The translations under genes and the position numbers were made by a program. Of a DNA stretch of 32,000 nucleotides, positions 10,305-20,782 are shown piece after piece; the stretch's first letter is position 1; every line of letters begins with the position of its first letter. This DNA is from Candidatus Saccharimonadota bacterium (lineage in GTDB: Bacteria > Bacteroidota > Bacteroidia > Flavobacteriales > Blattabacteriaceae), in assembly GCF_014252415.1 (NCBI RefSeq), contig NZ_CP059223.1, forward strand, positions 60,001 to 92,000. The letters are read 5' to 3'. The notes under the pieces are model-generated. The model searched no databases and was not told the origin of the DNA. It was given only the letters and a program-made list of their open reading frames with translations.

Positions 10305-11767
10305 ACATTATAAATAAATCTGTTAATATATATATATATAATTCTTTAAAAAAAAAAAAGGAATTATTTGTTCCTATTAATAATAATAATATCGGAATGT
10401 ACGTATGTGGTCCTACAGTATACAATCATTTACATTTAGGAAATTATCGAACATTTATAGTATTTGATATTATTTTTAGATATTTTAAACATTTGGGGTA
10501 TAAAGTTTGTTATGTTAGAAATATTACTGATGTAGGTCATTTAGAGGATAATCAAAATGAAATTAATTCAGAAGATAAAATAATAAAAAAATCTCGTAAA
10601 GAAGGGATACCTCCAATGGAAGTTGTAAATAAATATACAATATCTTTTCATAAATTTTTAAATATTTTAAATACATTATCACCTAATATAGAACCTACAG
10701 CAACAGGTCATATTATAGAGCAAATAGAATTTATTAAAAAATTAATTTATAATAATTATGCTTATGAAATAAACGGATCTGTTTATTTTGATTTAAAAAA
10801 ATATATTAATACATATTCTTATGGAATACTAAGTGGTAATGATTTAAAAAATTTATCACATTATGAAAGAAAACATAATAAAGAAAAACGTTTTATTCAT
10901 GATTTTTGTCTTTGGAAAAAAGCTGATGAAAAACATATTATGAAATGGCCATCTCCATGGAGTTACGGATATCCTGGTTGGCATACTGAATGTGTAACAA
11001 TGAGTACAAAATATTTAGGAAATATATTTGATATCCATGGGGGAGGTATTGATTTAAAATTTCCACATCATGAATGTGAACTAGCTCAATCTAATGCTTT
11101 TTATGGTAAAAAAAGTTATTCTCGTTATTGGATTCATACAAATATGTTAATTATAAATGGAAAAAAAATGAGTAAATCCCTAGGAAATAATTTAACTATA
11201 AAAGATTTATTATATCAAGATTATTCTCCAAATGTTTTAAAATTATTTATGTTACAACACCATTATAGAAGTATAATTGATTTTTCAATAGAAAAATTAA
11301 TAGAAACAAAAAAAGGATATAATAAAATAAAATATACTATCGAAATATTAGAAAATTTTATTCCAATTATTCATAATAAAAAAAATATTAAATTAAATTT
11401 TAATATATATAATTGGATTTACAAATGTTATAAGTCAATTAATAATGATTTTAATACACCTATGTTAATTTCTAATTTATTTTATGCTTCTAAATTTATT
11501 ATGTTAGAAGTTCATCATATAACAAAAATTGATTTTAATTTATTAAAAAAATATATGAATTATTTCATATTTGATATACTGGGATTATCTAAATTAGAAT
11601 TATTAAAAACTTCAAATAAAAAAAATAAAAAATTTGATATTTTAGTAGAAAAACTAATTCATTTTCGTAAAGAAATGAGAGAAAAAAAAAATTGGGGGAT
11701 ATCAGATCGATTACGAAAAGAATTATATGATGTTGGTATTAATATAAATGATAAACAATTATTATAA
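10301..11767 (+). CDS. cysS: Cysteinyl-tRNA synthetase
   Basis: Class I signatures HLGNYRT (HIGH-like) and KMSKSLGN. The zinc/cysteine-site context YVCGPTVY and GWHTEC is present. The start overlaps the folE stop (ATGA, 4 nt). Confidence 0.92.
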   Translation: MNIINKSVNIYIYNSLKKKKELFVPINNNNIGMYVCGPTVYNHLHLGNYRTFIVFDIIFRYFKHLGYKVCYVRNITDVGHLEDNQNEINSEDKIIKKSRKEGIPPMEVVNKYTISFHKFLNILNTLSPNIEPTATGHIIEQIEFIKKLIYNNYAYEINGSVYFDLKKYINTYSYGILSGNDLKNLSHYERKHNKEKRFIHDFCLWKKADEKHIMKWPSPWSYGYPGWHTECVTMSTKYLGNIFDIHGGGIDLKFPHHECELAQSNAFYGKKSYSRYWIHTNMLIINGKKMSKSLGNNLTIKDLLYQDYSPNVLKLFMLQHHYRSIIDFSIEKLIETKKGYNKIKYTIEILENFIPIIHNKKNIKLNFNIYNWIYKCYKSINNDFNTPMLISNLFYASKFIMLEVHHITKIDFNLLKKYMNYFIFDILGLSKLELLKTSNKKNKKFDILVEKLIHFRKEMREKKNWGISDRLRKELYDVGININDKQLL

Positions 11768-12919
11768 ATTTAATAAAACATGGTTTAAGTCATTTATTAA
11801 ATCCTCTACATTTTCTATTCCTATAGATAAACGAATAAGAGAGTCTTTTATTCCAACATTTTTTCTTATATTTGATGGAGTAGATTTATGTGTCATAGTT
11901 GCTGGATGACAAATTAAACTTTTTGTTCCCCCTAAACTTTCAGCTAATTTAAATAATTTTGTTGATGATACTAATTTTTTAGCATTGTCTATAGTATCTT
12001 TTAATAAACTAAAAGAAACAATTCCCCCAAAATATTTTTGTTGTTTTATTGCTACTAAATGATTTTTATGATTAGACAATCCAGGATAATATACATTTTC
12101 TATAAATGTAGATTTTTTTTCATTTAAAAATGATGCAATTTTAAAAGCATTTTGAGATTGTTTTTTTATTCTTAAAAATAAAGTTTGACATCCTCTTATA
12201 GTAAGCCAACAATCTATTGGAGACAACACTCCTCCAGTAGAATTTTGTATATATTTAAGTTTTTCATATAAATTTTTATCTTTTACTGTAATTAATCCAC
12301 CTAATACATCAGAATGACCTGATAAATATTTAGTTGCACTGTGAACTACTACATCTGCCCCTAATTTAATTGGATTTTGTATAACGGGAGATGAAAAAGT
12401 ATTATCCACTATAATTAGTACTTTGGGGTTAATTTTTTTTGAAATTTTACATATTTTTTTTATATCAGAAACTTTAAGAGTTGGGTTGGTAGGAGACTCT
12501 ATCCATATTAATTTTAATTTTTTTAATTTTGATATAGATATAATTAACTTATTTATATTCGTCATATCTATATAATAAGTTTTAATTCCTAGTTTTTTAT
12601 ATAAATTTAATAATCTAAAAGTTCCTCCATAGATATCATCTATCGCTATTATTTCATCATTGAAATTTAATAATTTTATTATCGCATCGATAGATGCGAG
12701 TCCAGAAGAAAAAGCTAAACTATCACAACCATATTCTAATTTTGTAATTAATTTTTCTAATGTTTTTCTTGTAGGATTATTAGTTCTTGTATAATCATAT
12801 CCTTTATGAACACCTGGAGATTCTTGTACATAAGTAGATGTTTGATATATTGGAGTAGAAATTGCACCAGTAAGTGGATCATACGGGACACCATGGATTA
12901 GTTTTGTTTCTTCCTTCAT
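11762..12919 (-). CDS. PLP-dependent Cys/Met-metabolism enzyme (cystathionine beta-lyase / gamma-synthase family)
   Basis: N-terminal TGAISTPIYQTSTY, YTRTNNPT, and the PLP-lysine motif HSATKYLSGHSDV. 385 aa. The exact activity (MetC, MetB or other) cannot be resolved by eye. Confidence 0.85.
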   Translation of the reverse strand: MKEETKLIHGVPYDPLTGAISTPIYQTSTYVQESPGVHKGYDYTRTNNPTRKTLEKLITKLEYGCDSLAFSSGLASIDAIIKLLNFNDEIIAIDDIYGGTFRLLNLYKKLGIKTYYIDMTNINKLIISISKLKKLKLIWIESPTNPTLKVSDIKKICKISKKINPKVLIIVDNTFSSPVIQNPIKLGADVVVHSATKYLSGHSDVLGGLITVKDKNLYEKLKYIQNSTGGVLSPIDCWLTIRGCQTLFLRIKKQSQNAFKIASFLNEKKSTFIENVYYPGLSNHKNHLVAIKQQKYFGGIVSFSLLKDTIDNAKKLVSSTKLFKLAESLGGTKSLICHPATMTHKSTPSNIRKNVGIKDSLIRLSIGIENVEDLINDLNHVLLNL

Positions 12920-13002
12920 AATAAAATATTTATCTTGTTAAGATCATACAAATTTACTAATAAAAAAATATTAAAAATCATTAAAATTTTTTTATAAAAA
13001 TA

Positions 13003-13010
13003 TAAATTTG
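13003..13010 (+). promoter_or_regulatory. Candidate Bacteroidota-type -7 promoter element (TAnnTTTG) for the atp cluster
   Basis: TAAATTTG lies 29 nt upstream of the atpB ATG, in the 119-bp divergent spacer between the Cys/Met PLP-enzyme gene and atpB. I could not find a matching -33 TTTG, and a chance match is quite possible in this composition. Confidence 0.2.
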
Positions 13011-13038
13011 TTATTCAATATTTATTTTTTTAAAAATA

Positions 13039-14058
13039 ATGATTTTAAAATCAATTAAATTAATTGTCATTTGTCTTATTATTTTACTAAATAATAATAA
13101 AGAAAAAAATATAAATATATCTGATATTATTTTTCATCATGTAAATGATTCACATGAATGGAGTTTTATAAAAAAAAAAAATATTTGTATTTCACTTCCT
13201 ATTATATTATGGAATAATGGATTAGAATATTTTTCATCGTATAATTTAATGAATGGAAAGACAATAAAAGGTACTTATGGATATTATCGTTTATTTAAAG
13301 AACAAATTTATATTACTAATAAAAATGGAAAATTAAATTTTTTTAATAAAATTTTATACAATAAAAAACCATTAGATTTATCTATAACTAAAAATGTTTT
13401 TTGTACTTTTATATCTTCCATTTTATTAATTATTTTTTTTATTTATATGAAAAATAAATATGATACTAATTTATATTTTAATAAATGGAAAATTGGATCA
13501 TTATTAGAATATATCTTGATTTTCATAAAAGATGAGATTGCAATTCCTTATATAGGAAAAAATATGTACAAAAAATATTTGAATTTTTTATTATCATTAT
13601 TTTTTTTTATATTAATTAATAATTTGTTAGGAATAATACCAGGATTTCCAAATATTACAGGAAACATTAATACTACATTTTCTTTATCAGCAATTACATT
13701 TTTTATAACTATTTTAAATAGTAAAAAATATTATTGGAAACATATTTTTTGGATGCCAAAAGTTCCTATTTTTGTTAAACTAATGTTAGCGCCTATAGAA
13801 TTAATGGCTTTATTTATACGTCCATTAACATTATGTATTAGATTATTTGCTAATATAATGGCTGGCCATATTTTAATTTTAAGTTTTATTTGTCTTATTT
13901 TTATATTTAAAAATATTTTTATTATTGGATTTTCTATATTTTTTGGTTCTTTTATTTCTTTATTAGAAATTATGGTATCATTTCTACAATCTTTTATATT
14001 CACAAATTTATCTGCATTAATGATAGGTATATCTATTAAAAATCATAATAAAAATTAA
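13039..14058 (+). CDS. atpB: F0F1 ATP synthase subunit a
   Basis: Polytopic protein with the conserved Arg-containing helix LCIRLFANIMAGH and a Bacteroidota-type N-terminal segment (HHVNDSHEW). First gene of the atp cluster. Confidence 0.85.
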   Translation: MILKSIKLIVICLIILLNNNKEKNINISDIIFHHVNDSHEWSFIKKKNICISLPIILWNNGLEYFSSYNLMNGKTIKGTYGYYRLFKEQIYITNKNGKLNFFNKILYNKKPLDLSITKNVFCTFISSILLIIFFIYMKNKYDTNLYFNKWKIGSLLEYILIFIKDEIAIPYIGKNMYKKYLNFLLSLFFFILINNLLGIIPGFPNITGNINTTFSLSAITFFITILNSKKYYWKHIFWMPKVPIFVKLMLAPIELMALFIRPLTLCIRLFANIMAGHILILSFICLIFIFKNIFIIGFSIFFGSFISLLEIMVSFLQSFIFTNLSALMIGISIKNHNKN

Positions 14059-14197
14059 TAAAAAATATGAAATGTTATAGATGATATAGATTTAATAGAA
14101 TTTGTACATTTACAAAAAATATTAAAAATTATAAATATAGATTTAACATAATTTATGGTAGGATCTATCGTAAGTTATAATTAATAAAAAAACATAA

Positions 14198-14434
<237 letters not shown>

Positions 14435-14468
14435 TTATAATTTTAGTTAATTTTAATTATTTAAAAAA

Positions 14469-14954
14469 ATGGATATAACTGCTCCTTCTTTTGGATTAAT
14501 TTTTTGGAATATAATAATATTTTCAATATTGATATTCATTCTATCTAAATTTGCTTGGAATCCAATTATTAATTTTATTGATAAAAGAGAAAAAAAAATA
14601 AAAGATTCTATTGAAAAAGCAAATTTATTAGAACATAAGTTGAATGAAATAGAGAAAAAAAAAAATGAAATATTGAAAAGTGCTTATGAAAAAAAAGATA
14701 GAATTATAAAAGAAACAATTAAAATTAAAAATGATATAAAATTAAAAGCAATAAATGATGGAATTATAGAAAAAGAAAATATCATAAAAAGTTATAAAAA
14801 TATTCTTAACAGAGAAAGAAATAAATCTTTTCAATTATTAAAAAATGAAATAAAATTTATCTCAATTGAGATAGCAGAAAAAATACTAAGAAAAAAATTG
14901 AAAAAAGACCTTGAACAAGAAAATTTTATTAAATGTCTAATTGAAAAATTATAA
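14469..14954 (+). CDS. atpF: F0F1 ATP synthase subunit b
   Basis: One N-terminal TM helix (LIFWNIIIFSILIFILSKFAW) followed by a long K/E-rich helical region. Position between atpE and atpH fits. Confidence 0.75.
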   Translation: MDITAPSFGLIFWNIIIFSILIFILSKFAWNPIINFIDKREKKIKDSIEKANLLEHKLNEIEKKKNEILKSAYEKKDRIIKETIKIKNDIKLKAINDGIIEKENIIKSYKNILNRERNKSFQLLKNEIKFISIEIAEKILRKKLKKDLEQENFIKCLIEKL

Positions 14955-14959
14955 ATAAA

Positions 14960-15490
14960 GTGGTATTTAATAAAAAGATAATTAAACATTATGCAATGAT
15001 TCTTTTTGACTATATTAATGATTCAAATCATTCAAAAGTATATCATCGTAGTATAATTAATCTATATATTTCTTTACAAAAAAATTTTTTGTTAAAAAAA
15101 CTAATGTTTACTTTTTTTATAAAAAAAAATGAAAAAATAATAATTTTAAAAAAAATTATAAATAATATTTTTTTATACCATTTTATAAAAATTTTAATAT
15201 TAAATGATAGAATTTTTTTGATAGAAAAAATTTTATTAGAATACAACAATATATATGATATAAAAAAAAACAATATTATTAAATGTATACTGACTACTAC
15301 AATTCCAATAAATAAAACAATACAAAAAATGATAGCAAAAAAAATAATAAATAAAAAAAAAAAATTTATTATAATCAATAATATAAATAAAAATATTATT
15401 GGAGGATTTGTATTTGTTCAAATTAAAGAATACAAAGAATGGGATTTTAGTATAAAAAGATATTTAAATGAAATAAATCAAATAATATAA
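14960..15490 (+). CDS. atpH: F0F1 ATP synthase subunit delta (OSCP), highly diverged
   Basis: Position between atpF and atpA, and 176 aa. An N-terminal ..HYAMILFDY.. segment resembles the conserved (R)YA..LF motif, and a C-terminal IIGGF segment is present. A GTG start at 14960 is required, because the next ATG (14996) would remove that motif. The rest is low complexity. Confidence 0.6.
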   Translation: MVFNKKIIKHYAMILFDYINDSNHSKVYHRSIINLYISLQKNFLLKKLMFTFFIKKNEKIIILKKIINNIFLYHFIKILILNDRIFLIEKILLEYNNIYDIKKNNIIKCILTTTIPINKTIQKMIAKKIINKKKKFIIINNINKNIIGGFVFVQIKEYKEWDFSIKRYLNEINQII

Positions 15491-15505
15491 ATTATTTTAT
15501 TAATT

Positions 15506-17092
15506 ATGTCAGATATAAAATATTCTGAAATATCTTCAATTTTAAAAAAACATTTATATAATTTTAAGATAGAATCAAAATTATCTGAATATGGTGTTGT
15601 AGTTCAAGTTGGAGATGGAATAGTCAGATCTTTTGGATTAAATCTATCATTTTATGGAGAGATAGTGGAATTCGATAAAAAAAAAATAAAAGGAATTGTC
15701 TTAAATCTTGAAGAAGATCATGTTGGTATTGTTCTACTCAATTCATCACAACGAATCATTATAAAAGAAGGGGATCTTGTAAGAAGAACAAAAAAACCTT
15801 TTTTTATAAAAGTAGGAAGAGGTTTATTAGGACGTGTTATAAATCCATTAGGAGATCCTATTGACGAAAAAGGTTCTATAAGTGGAACTTTATTTGAAGT
15901 TCCAGTAGAAAGAAAAGCACCAGGAGTTATTTATAGAGAACCGGTAAAAGAACCCTTGCAGACAGGAATAAAATTTATAGACTCAATGATTCCTATAGGT
16001 AAGGGACAAAGAGAATTAATTATTGGAGATAGACAAACTGGAAAAACTTCTATTGCTATAGATATTATTATTAATCAAAAAAAATTTTTTAAAAAAAATC
16101 CAGTTTATTGTATTTATGTTGCAATAGGTCAAAAAGCTTCTACTATAGCTAGAATAAAAAAAATATTAGAAGATAACAATGCAATGTATTATACCATAAT
16201 AGTTTCTTCTAATGCCAATGATTCTGCATCAATGCAGGTATATGCACCTTTTTCTGGAACTTCTATAGGAGAATATTTTAGAGATTTAGGAGAATCTGCT
16301 CTAATTATATATGATGACTTATCTAAACAAGCAATTTCCTATAGAGAGATATCTTTATTATTAAGAAGGCCACCTGGAAGAGAAGCTTATCCAGGTGATG
16401 TATTTTATTTACATTCTCGTTTATTAGAAAGATCATCTAAAATTATAAGAGATCAAGATATAGCAAAAGAAATGAATGATATACCAAAATCTATAAAAAA
16501 TTTTGTAAAGGGAGGTGGATCATTAACTGCTATACCAATTATTGAAACACAATCTGGAGATATATCATCTTATATACCAACTAATATAATATCTATTACT
16601 GATGGACAAATTTTTTTAGAAAAAGAATTATTTAATTCAGGAATACGTCCTGCAATTAATGAAAGTATTTCTGTATCCCGTGTAGGAGGTAATGCACAAA
16701 TTGAATCTATGAGAAAAATATCTGCAACTCTAAAATTAAATCAGGCTCAATTTAAAGAATTAGAATCATTTTCAAAATTTGGATCAGAATTAGATTCTTC
16801 TACTATGAAAATTATAAAAAAAGGTAGAATAAATATGGAAATTTTAAAACAAGAATTATTAAATCCATATAAAATATCTGATCAAATTGCAATAATTTAT
16901 ATCGGAACAAAAAATATATTAGAAGATATACCAATTGATAAAATTAATCTATTTGAAAAAGAATATTTATTTTGTTTAAATAAAGAACATAATAAATTAT
17001 TAGAATCGTTAAATAATGGTATTCTTAACGATGAAATATCAAAAAAATTAGAAAATGTTGCTATTAGTATAATAAATAAAATAAAACTGTAG
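15506..17092 (+). CDS. atpA: F0F1 ATP synthase subunit alpha
   Basis: Walker [10 protein letters not shown], plus [16 protein letters not shown] and ITDGQIFLE motifs. 528 aa. Confidence 0.97.
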   Translation: MSDIKYSEISSILKKHLYNFKIESKLSEYGVVVQVGDGIVRSFGLNLSFYGEIVEFDKKKIKGIVLNLEEDHVGIVLLNSSQRIIIKEGDLVRRTKKPFFIKVGRGLLGRVINPLGDPIDEKGSISGTLFEVPVERKAPGVIYREPVKEPLQTGIKFIDSMIPIGKGQRELIIGDRQTGKTSIAIDIIINQKKFFKKNPVYCIYVAIGQKASTIARIKKILEDNNAMYYTIIVSSNANDSASMQVYAPFSGTSIGEYFRDLGESALIIYDDLSKQAISYREISLLLRRPPGREAYPGDVFYLHSRLLERSSKIIRDQDIAKEMNDIPKSIKNFVKGGGSLTAIPIIETQSGDISSYIPTNIISITDGQIFLEKELFNSGIRPAINESISVSRVGGNAQIESMRKISATLKLNQAQFKELESFSKFGSELDSSTMKIIKKGRINMEILKQELLNPYKISDQIAIIYIGTKNILEDIPIDKINLFEKEYLFCLNKEHNKLLESLNNGILNDEISKKLENVAISIINKIKL

Positions 17093-17100
17093 TCAGTAAC

Positions 17101-17931
17101 ATGTCAAATTTAAAAGAGATTAAAAAAAAAATATATTCAATTAATTCAGTTATAAAAACTACAGAAGCTATGAAAATGATTTCTATATCAGAATTAAAAA
17201 AATATAAAAAACTTTTAAATCATATTGTAATTTACATGAATTATATGGAATTATTATTTATTGATTTAACAAAATTAGAAAAAAATATTTTTTTTTTAGA
17301 AAAAAGAAAAAATGGTAAAAAATTATTTATAATATTTACGTCTGACAAAGGATTATGTGGATCTTTTAATTTTTTAATTTTTGAAAAAATTATTCAAATT
17401 ATAAAAGAAAAAGATTTAAACTATGAAAATTTTATGTTTTTTCCTATAGGAAAAAAAGGAATAGATTTTATCTATGAAAAAAAATTAAATAATTATTGGA
17501 ATTATATTTTTTCATTAAAAAAAATTAAAATTTTTGTATCAAAAATAATAAAAGATTTTTGTAAAAAAAAAATATCATCAATATATTTGATTTATCATTC
17601 ATTTAAAAAAAATAAAATTGTTATTGAAAAATTATTACCAATAATTCTTTATAAAAAAAACCATTCAAAATTTGGTATAAATCCTATTTTAGAATCTTCA
17701 AAAAAAAAAATATTTAATTATTTTATTCATAATTTTATTTCGATAAAATTAAGAAAAATTTTTTTAGAATCTATGTCCTCAGAACATACATTTCGTATGA
17801 TTTCTATGAATAAAGCAACAGACAATGCTTCTGAGATTAAAAAAGATTTAATATTAAATTATAATAAAGAAAGACAAAATACTATTACTAAAGAAATATT
17901 AGAGATTATAAGCGGATTAGAATCAATTTAA
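17101..17931 (+). CDS. atpG: F0F1 ATP synthase subunit gamma
   Basis: N terminus MSNLKEIKKKIYSINSVIKTTEAMKMIS and C terminus YNKERQNTITKEILEIISG match the conserved gamma termini. The middle is diverged. Confidence 0.8.
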   Translation: MSNLKEIKKKIYSINSVIKTTEAMKMISISELKKYKKLLNHIVIYMNYMELLFIDLTKLEKNIFFLEKRKNGKKLFIIFTSDKGLCGSFNFLIFEKIIQIIKEKDLNYENFMFFPIGKKGIDFIYEKKLNNYWNYIFSLKKIKIFVSKIIKDFCKKKISSIYLIYHSFKKNKIVIEKLLPIILYKKNHSKFGINPILESSKKKIFNYFIHNFISIKLRKIFLESMSSEHTFRMISMNKATDNASEIKKDLILNYNKERQNTITKEILEIISGLESI

Positions 17932-17934
17932 TAT

Positions 17935-18933
17935 ATGAAAAATAATATTATGTTAACAGGAATTAGAAGTACAGGAATTCCTCATTTAGGTAATATTTTA
18001 AGTGTTATTATTCCGTCTATTAAAATATCTAATAACAAAAAAAAAATAAATTCATCATTTATATTTATAGCGGATTTACATTCTTTAATTGATGATAATA
18101 AATATATTAAAGAAAGTATTTATCAAATTATGTCTACATGGTTATCATTTGGATTAAATATAAATAATTGTCTATTTTATAGACAATCTGATATCTCATC
18201 AGAAGTAACAGAACTTGCATGGTATTTTAGTTGTATTTTTCCTTATAAAAGATTAACATTATCTCATTCTTTTAAAGAAAGAATTTATAAAAATAATGAA
18301 AAAATAAATGTAGGTTTATTTACTTATCCAATTTTAATGGCTGCAGATATTTTATTATTTGATGGATCAATTATACCTATAGGAAAAGATCAAATACAAC
18401 ACATAGAAATTACTAGACGTATAGCTAAAACTTTTAATAAAAAAATAAATAATAAAATATTTACGATACCAAATCCATTATTACAAAAAAAATATTCATC
18501 TATTATTGGAATAGACGGAAAAAAAATGAGTAAGTCTAAGAATAATTGGATTAATATTTTTTCTCCAGAAAAAGAATTAAAGAAAAAAATCATGAAAATC
18601 TATACGGATAATAAATCTTTTAATGATAAAAAAAATCCAAAAAATAATTCTATTATATCTTTATATAAATTAATAGCTCCTTTAAATAAAGTAGAAGAAA
18701 TGGAAAGAAAATTAAGAATTGGTGGCTATGGATATTTAGAATTTAAAATTGAACTATATAAATATATTATAAAAAAATTTTCATCAGAAAGAAATAAATT
18801 TATTTATTATATGAATAATAAAAAATTATTAGATAACATATTATTTTTAGGAGCAAAAAAGGCAAAAATCATAGCTAAAAAAAAATTAAATTCTATTAGA
18901 AAACATTTAAATTTTAATTCATTGATTTTATGA
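17935..18933 (+). CDS. trpS: Tryptophanyl-tRNA synthetase
   Basis: TGIRSTGIPHLGN (HIGH-like), AADILLF, GKDQIQHIE and KMSKS motifs. It starts 3 nt after the atpG stop. Confidence 0.9.
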   Translation: MKNNIMLTGIRSTGIPHLGNILSVIIPSIKISNNKKKINSSFIFIADLHSLIDDNKYIKESIYQIMSTWLSFGLNINNCLFYRQSDISSEVTELAWYFSCIFPYKRLTLSHSFKERIYKNNEKINVGLFTYPILMAADILLFDGSIIPIGKDQIQHIEITRRIAKTFNKKINNKIFTIPNPLLQKKYSSIIGIDGKKMSKSKNNWINIFSPEKELKKKIMKIYTDNKSFNDKKNPKNNSIISLYKLIAPLNKVEEMERKLRIGGYGYLEFKIELYKYIIKKFSSERNKFIYYMNNKKLLDNILFLGAKKAKIIAKKKLNSIRKHLNFNSLIL

Positions 18934-18938
18934 TTTTT

Positions 18939-18957
18939 TACTTAAAGTAGTTAAGTA
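18939..18957 (+). terminator. Weak candidate hairpin directly after the trpS stop
   Basis: tacttaa (18939-18945) and ttaagta (18951-18957) form a perfect 7-bp stem with a 5-nt loop. It is flanked by a T6 run upstream and a T-rich tail. One G:C pair only. Confidence 0.2.
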
Positions 18958-19046
18958 TTATTATACAAAAGTTTGGATAAATACTTTCAAAAATTTTAAC
19001 TTAACAATATAATAAAGTAAAAATTTAAAAAAAATACTTTATAATT

Positions 19047-19625
19047 ATGAATAATATTAATCAAAAAAATACTGAAAATACTATTAAAAATTCTTCTAAT
19101 TCTAATAATCTTAATTCACGATTGAATAAAAAAAATAATGAAAATGGAATAAAAGAAAAAAAAATTTTGGAAGAAAATAAAATTCTAGAAGAAAAATTAG
19201 AAAAAGAAAAAGATAAATTTTTACGTTTATTTGCAGAGTTTGAAAACTATAAAAAACGTATTCAAAAAGAAAAACTTGATGTATTTAGTATTATTCATGA
19301 AAAAATTATTATTGATTTAATACCTATTTTAGATGATTTCAAAAGAGGAATGAAAGAATTAAAAAAATATAATGAAAAAGAAGAATCAATAATGAAAGGA
19401 ATATTATTAATACAAGATAAATTTATAAAAATATTAAAAGAAAAAGGACTTAATAAAATAAAAATAAAAAAAGGTGACGAATTTAACACAGATTTTCATG
19501 AAGCAATTACACAAATTCCTGCTATAAAAGAAAATCTAAAAGGTAAAATTATTGATATCATAGAAGATGGATATATATTAAAAGACAAAGTAATAAGACA
19601 TGCTAAAGTTATTACTGGAAAATAA
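19047..19625 (+). CDS. grpE: Nucleotide exchange factor GrpE
   Basis: FLRLFAEFENYKKRIQKE signature and C-terminal beta-domain ending VIRHAKVITGK. The N-terminal ~45 aa is an N/K-rich low-complexity extension. Confidence 0.85.
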   Translation: MNNINQKNTENTIKNSSNSNNLNSRLNKKNNENGIKEKKILEENKILEEKLEKEKDKFLRLFAEFENYKKRIQKEKLDVFSIIHEKIIIDLIPILDDFKRGMKELKKYNEKEESIMKGILLIQDKFIKILKEKGLNKIKIKKGDEFNTDFHEAITQIPAIKENLKGKIIDIIEDGYILKDKVIRHAKVITGK

Positions 19626-19655
19626 CTATTAAACAAATTAAAAATAATTTTTTTC

Positions 19656-20777
19656 ATGATGAAAAAAGATTATTACGAAGTATTAGGAGTTTCTAGAAAT
19701 GCTTCTTATGAAGAAATAAAAAGAGCTTATAGAAAATTAGCAATAAAATATCATCCAGATAAAAATTTGGACAATAAAAAAATAGCGGAAGAAAAATTTA
19801 AGGAAGCTGCTGAAGCATATGAAATATTGGGAAATGAGGAAAAAAGAAACAGATATGATAAATTTGGACATTCTGGAGTAAAAGGTAGTTCTAGCTCTAG
19901 TTCTGGTATGAATATGGAAGATATTTTTACGAATTTTGGTGATATTTTTTCTGATGCTTTTGGAGATGGATTTTCAAATTTTGGATTTGGAAAATCTTCT
20001 AATAGAAAAATTATAAAAGGAAGTGATTTAAGAATTAGAGTAAAACTAACTCTAGAAGAAATAGCCAATGGTACAGAAAAAAAAGTAAAAGTAAAAAGAC
20101 TAAAAGCAGCAAAAGGAGTAAAAATAAGTAATTGTTCTTATTGTAATGGTAGTGGACAAAAAATTAGAATCACTAATACTATATTAGGTAGAATGCAGAC
20201 TACTACACAATGTGGATCATGTTATGGTACTGGAAAAAATGCAGAAAATATACCATATGGAGCAAATAAATATGGATTAATAAAAGAAGAGGAATTAGTC
20301 AATATAAAAATACCAGCAGGTATTACAGAAGGTATTCAATTAAAAATTACAGAGAAGGGAAATGAAGGGCCATTTAATGGATTATCAGGAGATTTAATTG
20401 TCTTAGTAGAAGAAATTCCCCACAATAATTTAAAAAGAGAAGGTTCTAATTTACATTATGATTTATATATTTCTTTTTCAGATGCTATATTAGGAGCAAC
20501 TAAAGAAATTCCAACTATTAACGGAAGAGCTAGAATAAAAATAGATCCTGGAACACAATCAGGAAAAACATTAAGACTAAAAAATAAAGGTATACCTAAT
20601 ATTGAAGGATATGGAAATGGAAGTATGTTTATTCATGTTAATGTATGGACTCCAAAAAAAATTAACGATGAACAAAGAAATTTTTTCGAAAAAATGAAAA
20701 AGAATGAAAATTTTCTTCCACATCCTGGAAATAAAGAAAAATCTTTTTTTGATAAAGTAAGAGAAATGTTTTCTTAA
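19656..20777 (+). CDS. dnaJ: Co-chaperone DnaJ (type I-like, with a reduced Cys-rich domain)
   Basis: J domain DYYEVLGV...KYHPDKN, a G/F-rich linker, two CxxCxGxG motifs ([16 protein letters not shown]) and C-terminal substrate-binding domains. Confidence 0.95.
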   Translation: MMKKDYYEVLGVSRNASYEEIKRAYRKLAIKYHPDKNLDNKKIAEEKFKEAAEAYEILGNEEKRNRYDKFGHSGVKGSSSSSSGMNMEDIFTNFGDIFSDAFGDGFSNFGFGKSSNRKIIKGSDLRIRVKLTLEEIANGTEKKVKVKRLKAAKGVKISNCSYCNGSGQKIRITNTILGRMQTTTQCGSCYGTGKNAENIPYGANKYGLIKEEELVNIKIPAGITEGIQLKITEKGNEGPFNGLSGDLIVLVEEIPHNNLKREGSNLHYDLYISFSDAILGATKEIPTINGRARIKIDPGTQSGKTLRLKNKGIPNIEGYGNGSMFIHVNVWTPKKINDEQRNFFEKMKKNENFLPHPGNKEKSFFDKVREMFS

Positions 20778-20782
20778 ATAAA

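Noticed and set aside
14084-14146. 12-bp direct repeat atatagatttaa (14084-14095 and 14135-14146) in the atpB-atpE spacer
   Set aside because: In DNA of roughly 10-15% G+C, a single 12-mer AT-rich repeat within 145 bp has an appreciable chance probability. It has no partner motif and no dyad symmetry. It is worth noting only if conserved in relatives.
15043-15421. Two overlapping minus-strand ORFs (111 aa and 61 aa) inside atpH
   Set aside because: Their translations are pure F/I/K/N low complexity, antisense to the A-rich atpH gene. The sense-strand gene fits the atp operon order. These are shadow ORFs.
18972-19040. Possible grpE heat-shock regulatory elements: TTTG at 18972, ACTTAA repeated at 18940 and 18999, and aaatacttt repeated at 18979 and 19032. 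I also searched for a CIRCE-like inverted repeat.
   Set aside because: No CIRCE (TTAGCACTC-N9-GAGTGCTAA) or other long dyad is present. The short repeats are AT-rich and within chance expectation. The candidate -7 box (TAACTTAA) mismatches the consensus TTTG.
19751-20068. 105-aa minus-strand ORF inside dnaJ, plus similar antisense ORFs at 19295-19489 (grpE), 18390-18593 (trpS), 24388-24612 (ilvB), 13731-14003 (atpB), 9783-9995 (folE), 1890-2114 (actC), 3355-3546 (actD), 5636-5899 (trkA) and 30568-30750 (mutL)
   Set aside because: Each lies wholly within a confidently identified gene on the other strand and has no recognisable domain. Each is best explained as a compositional shadow.
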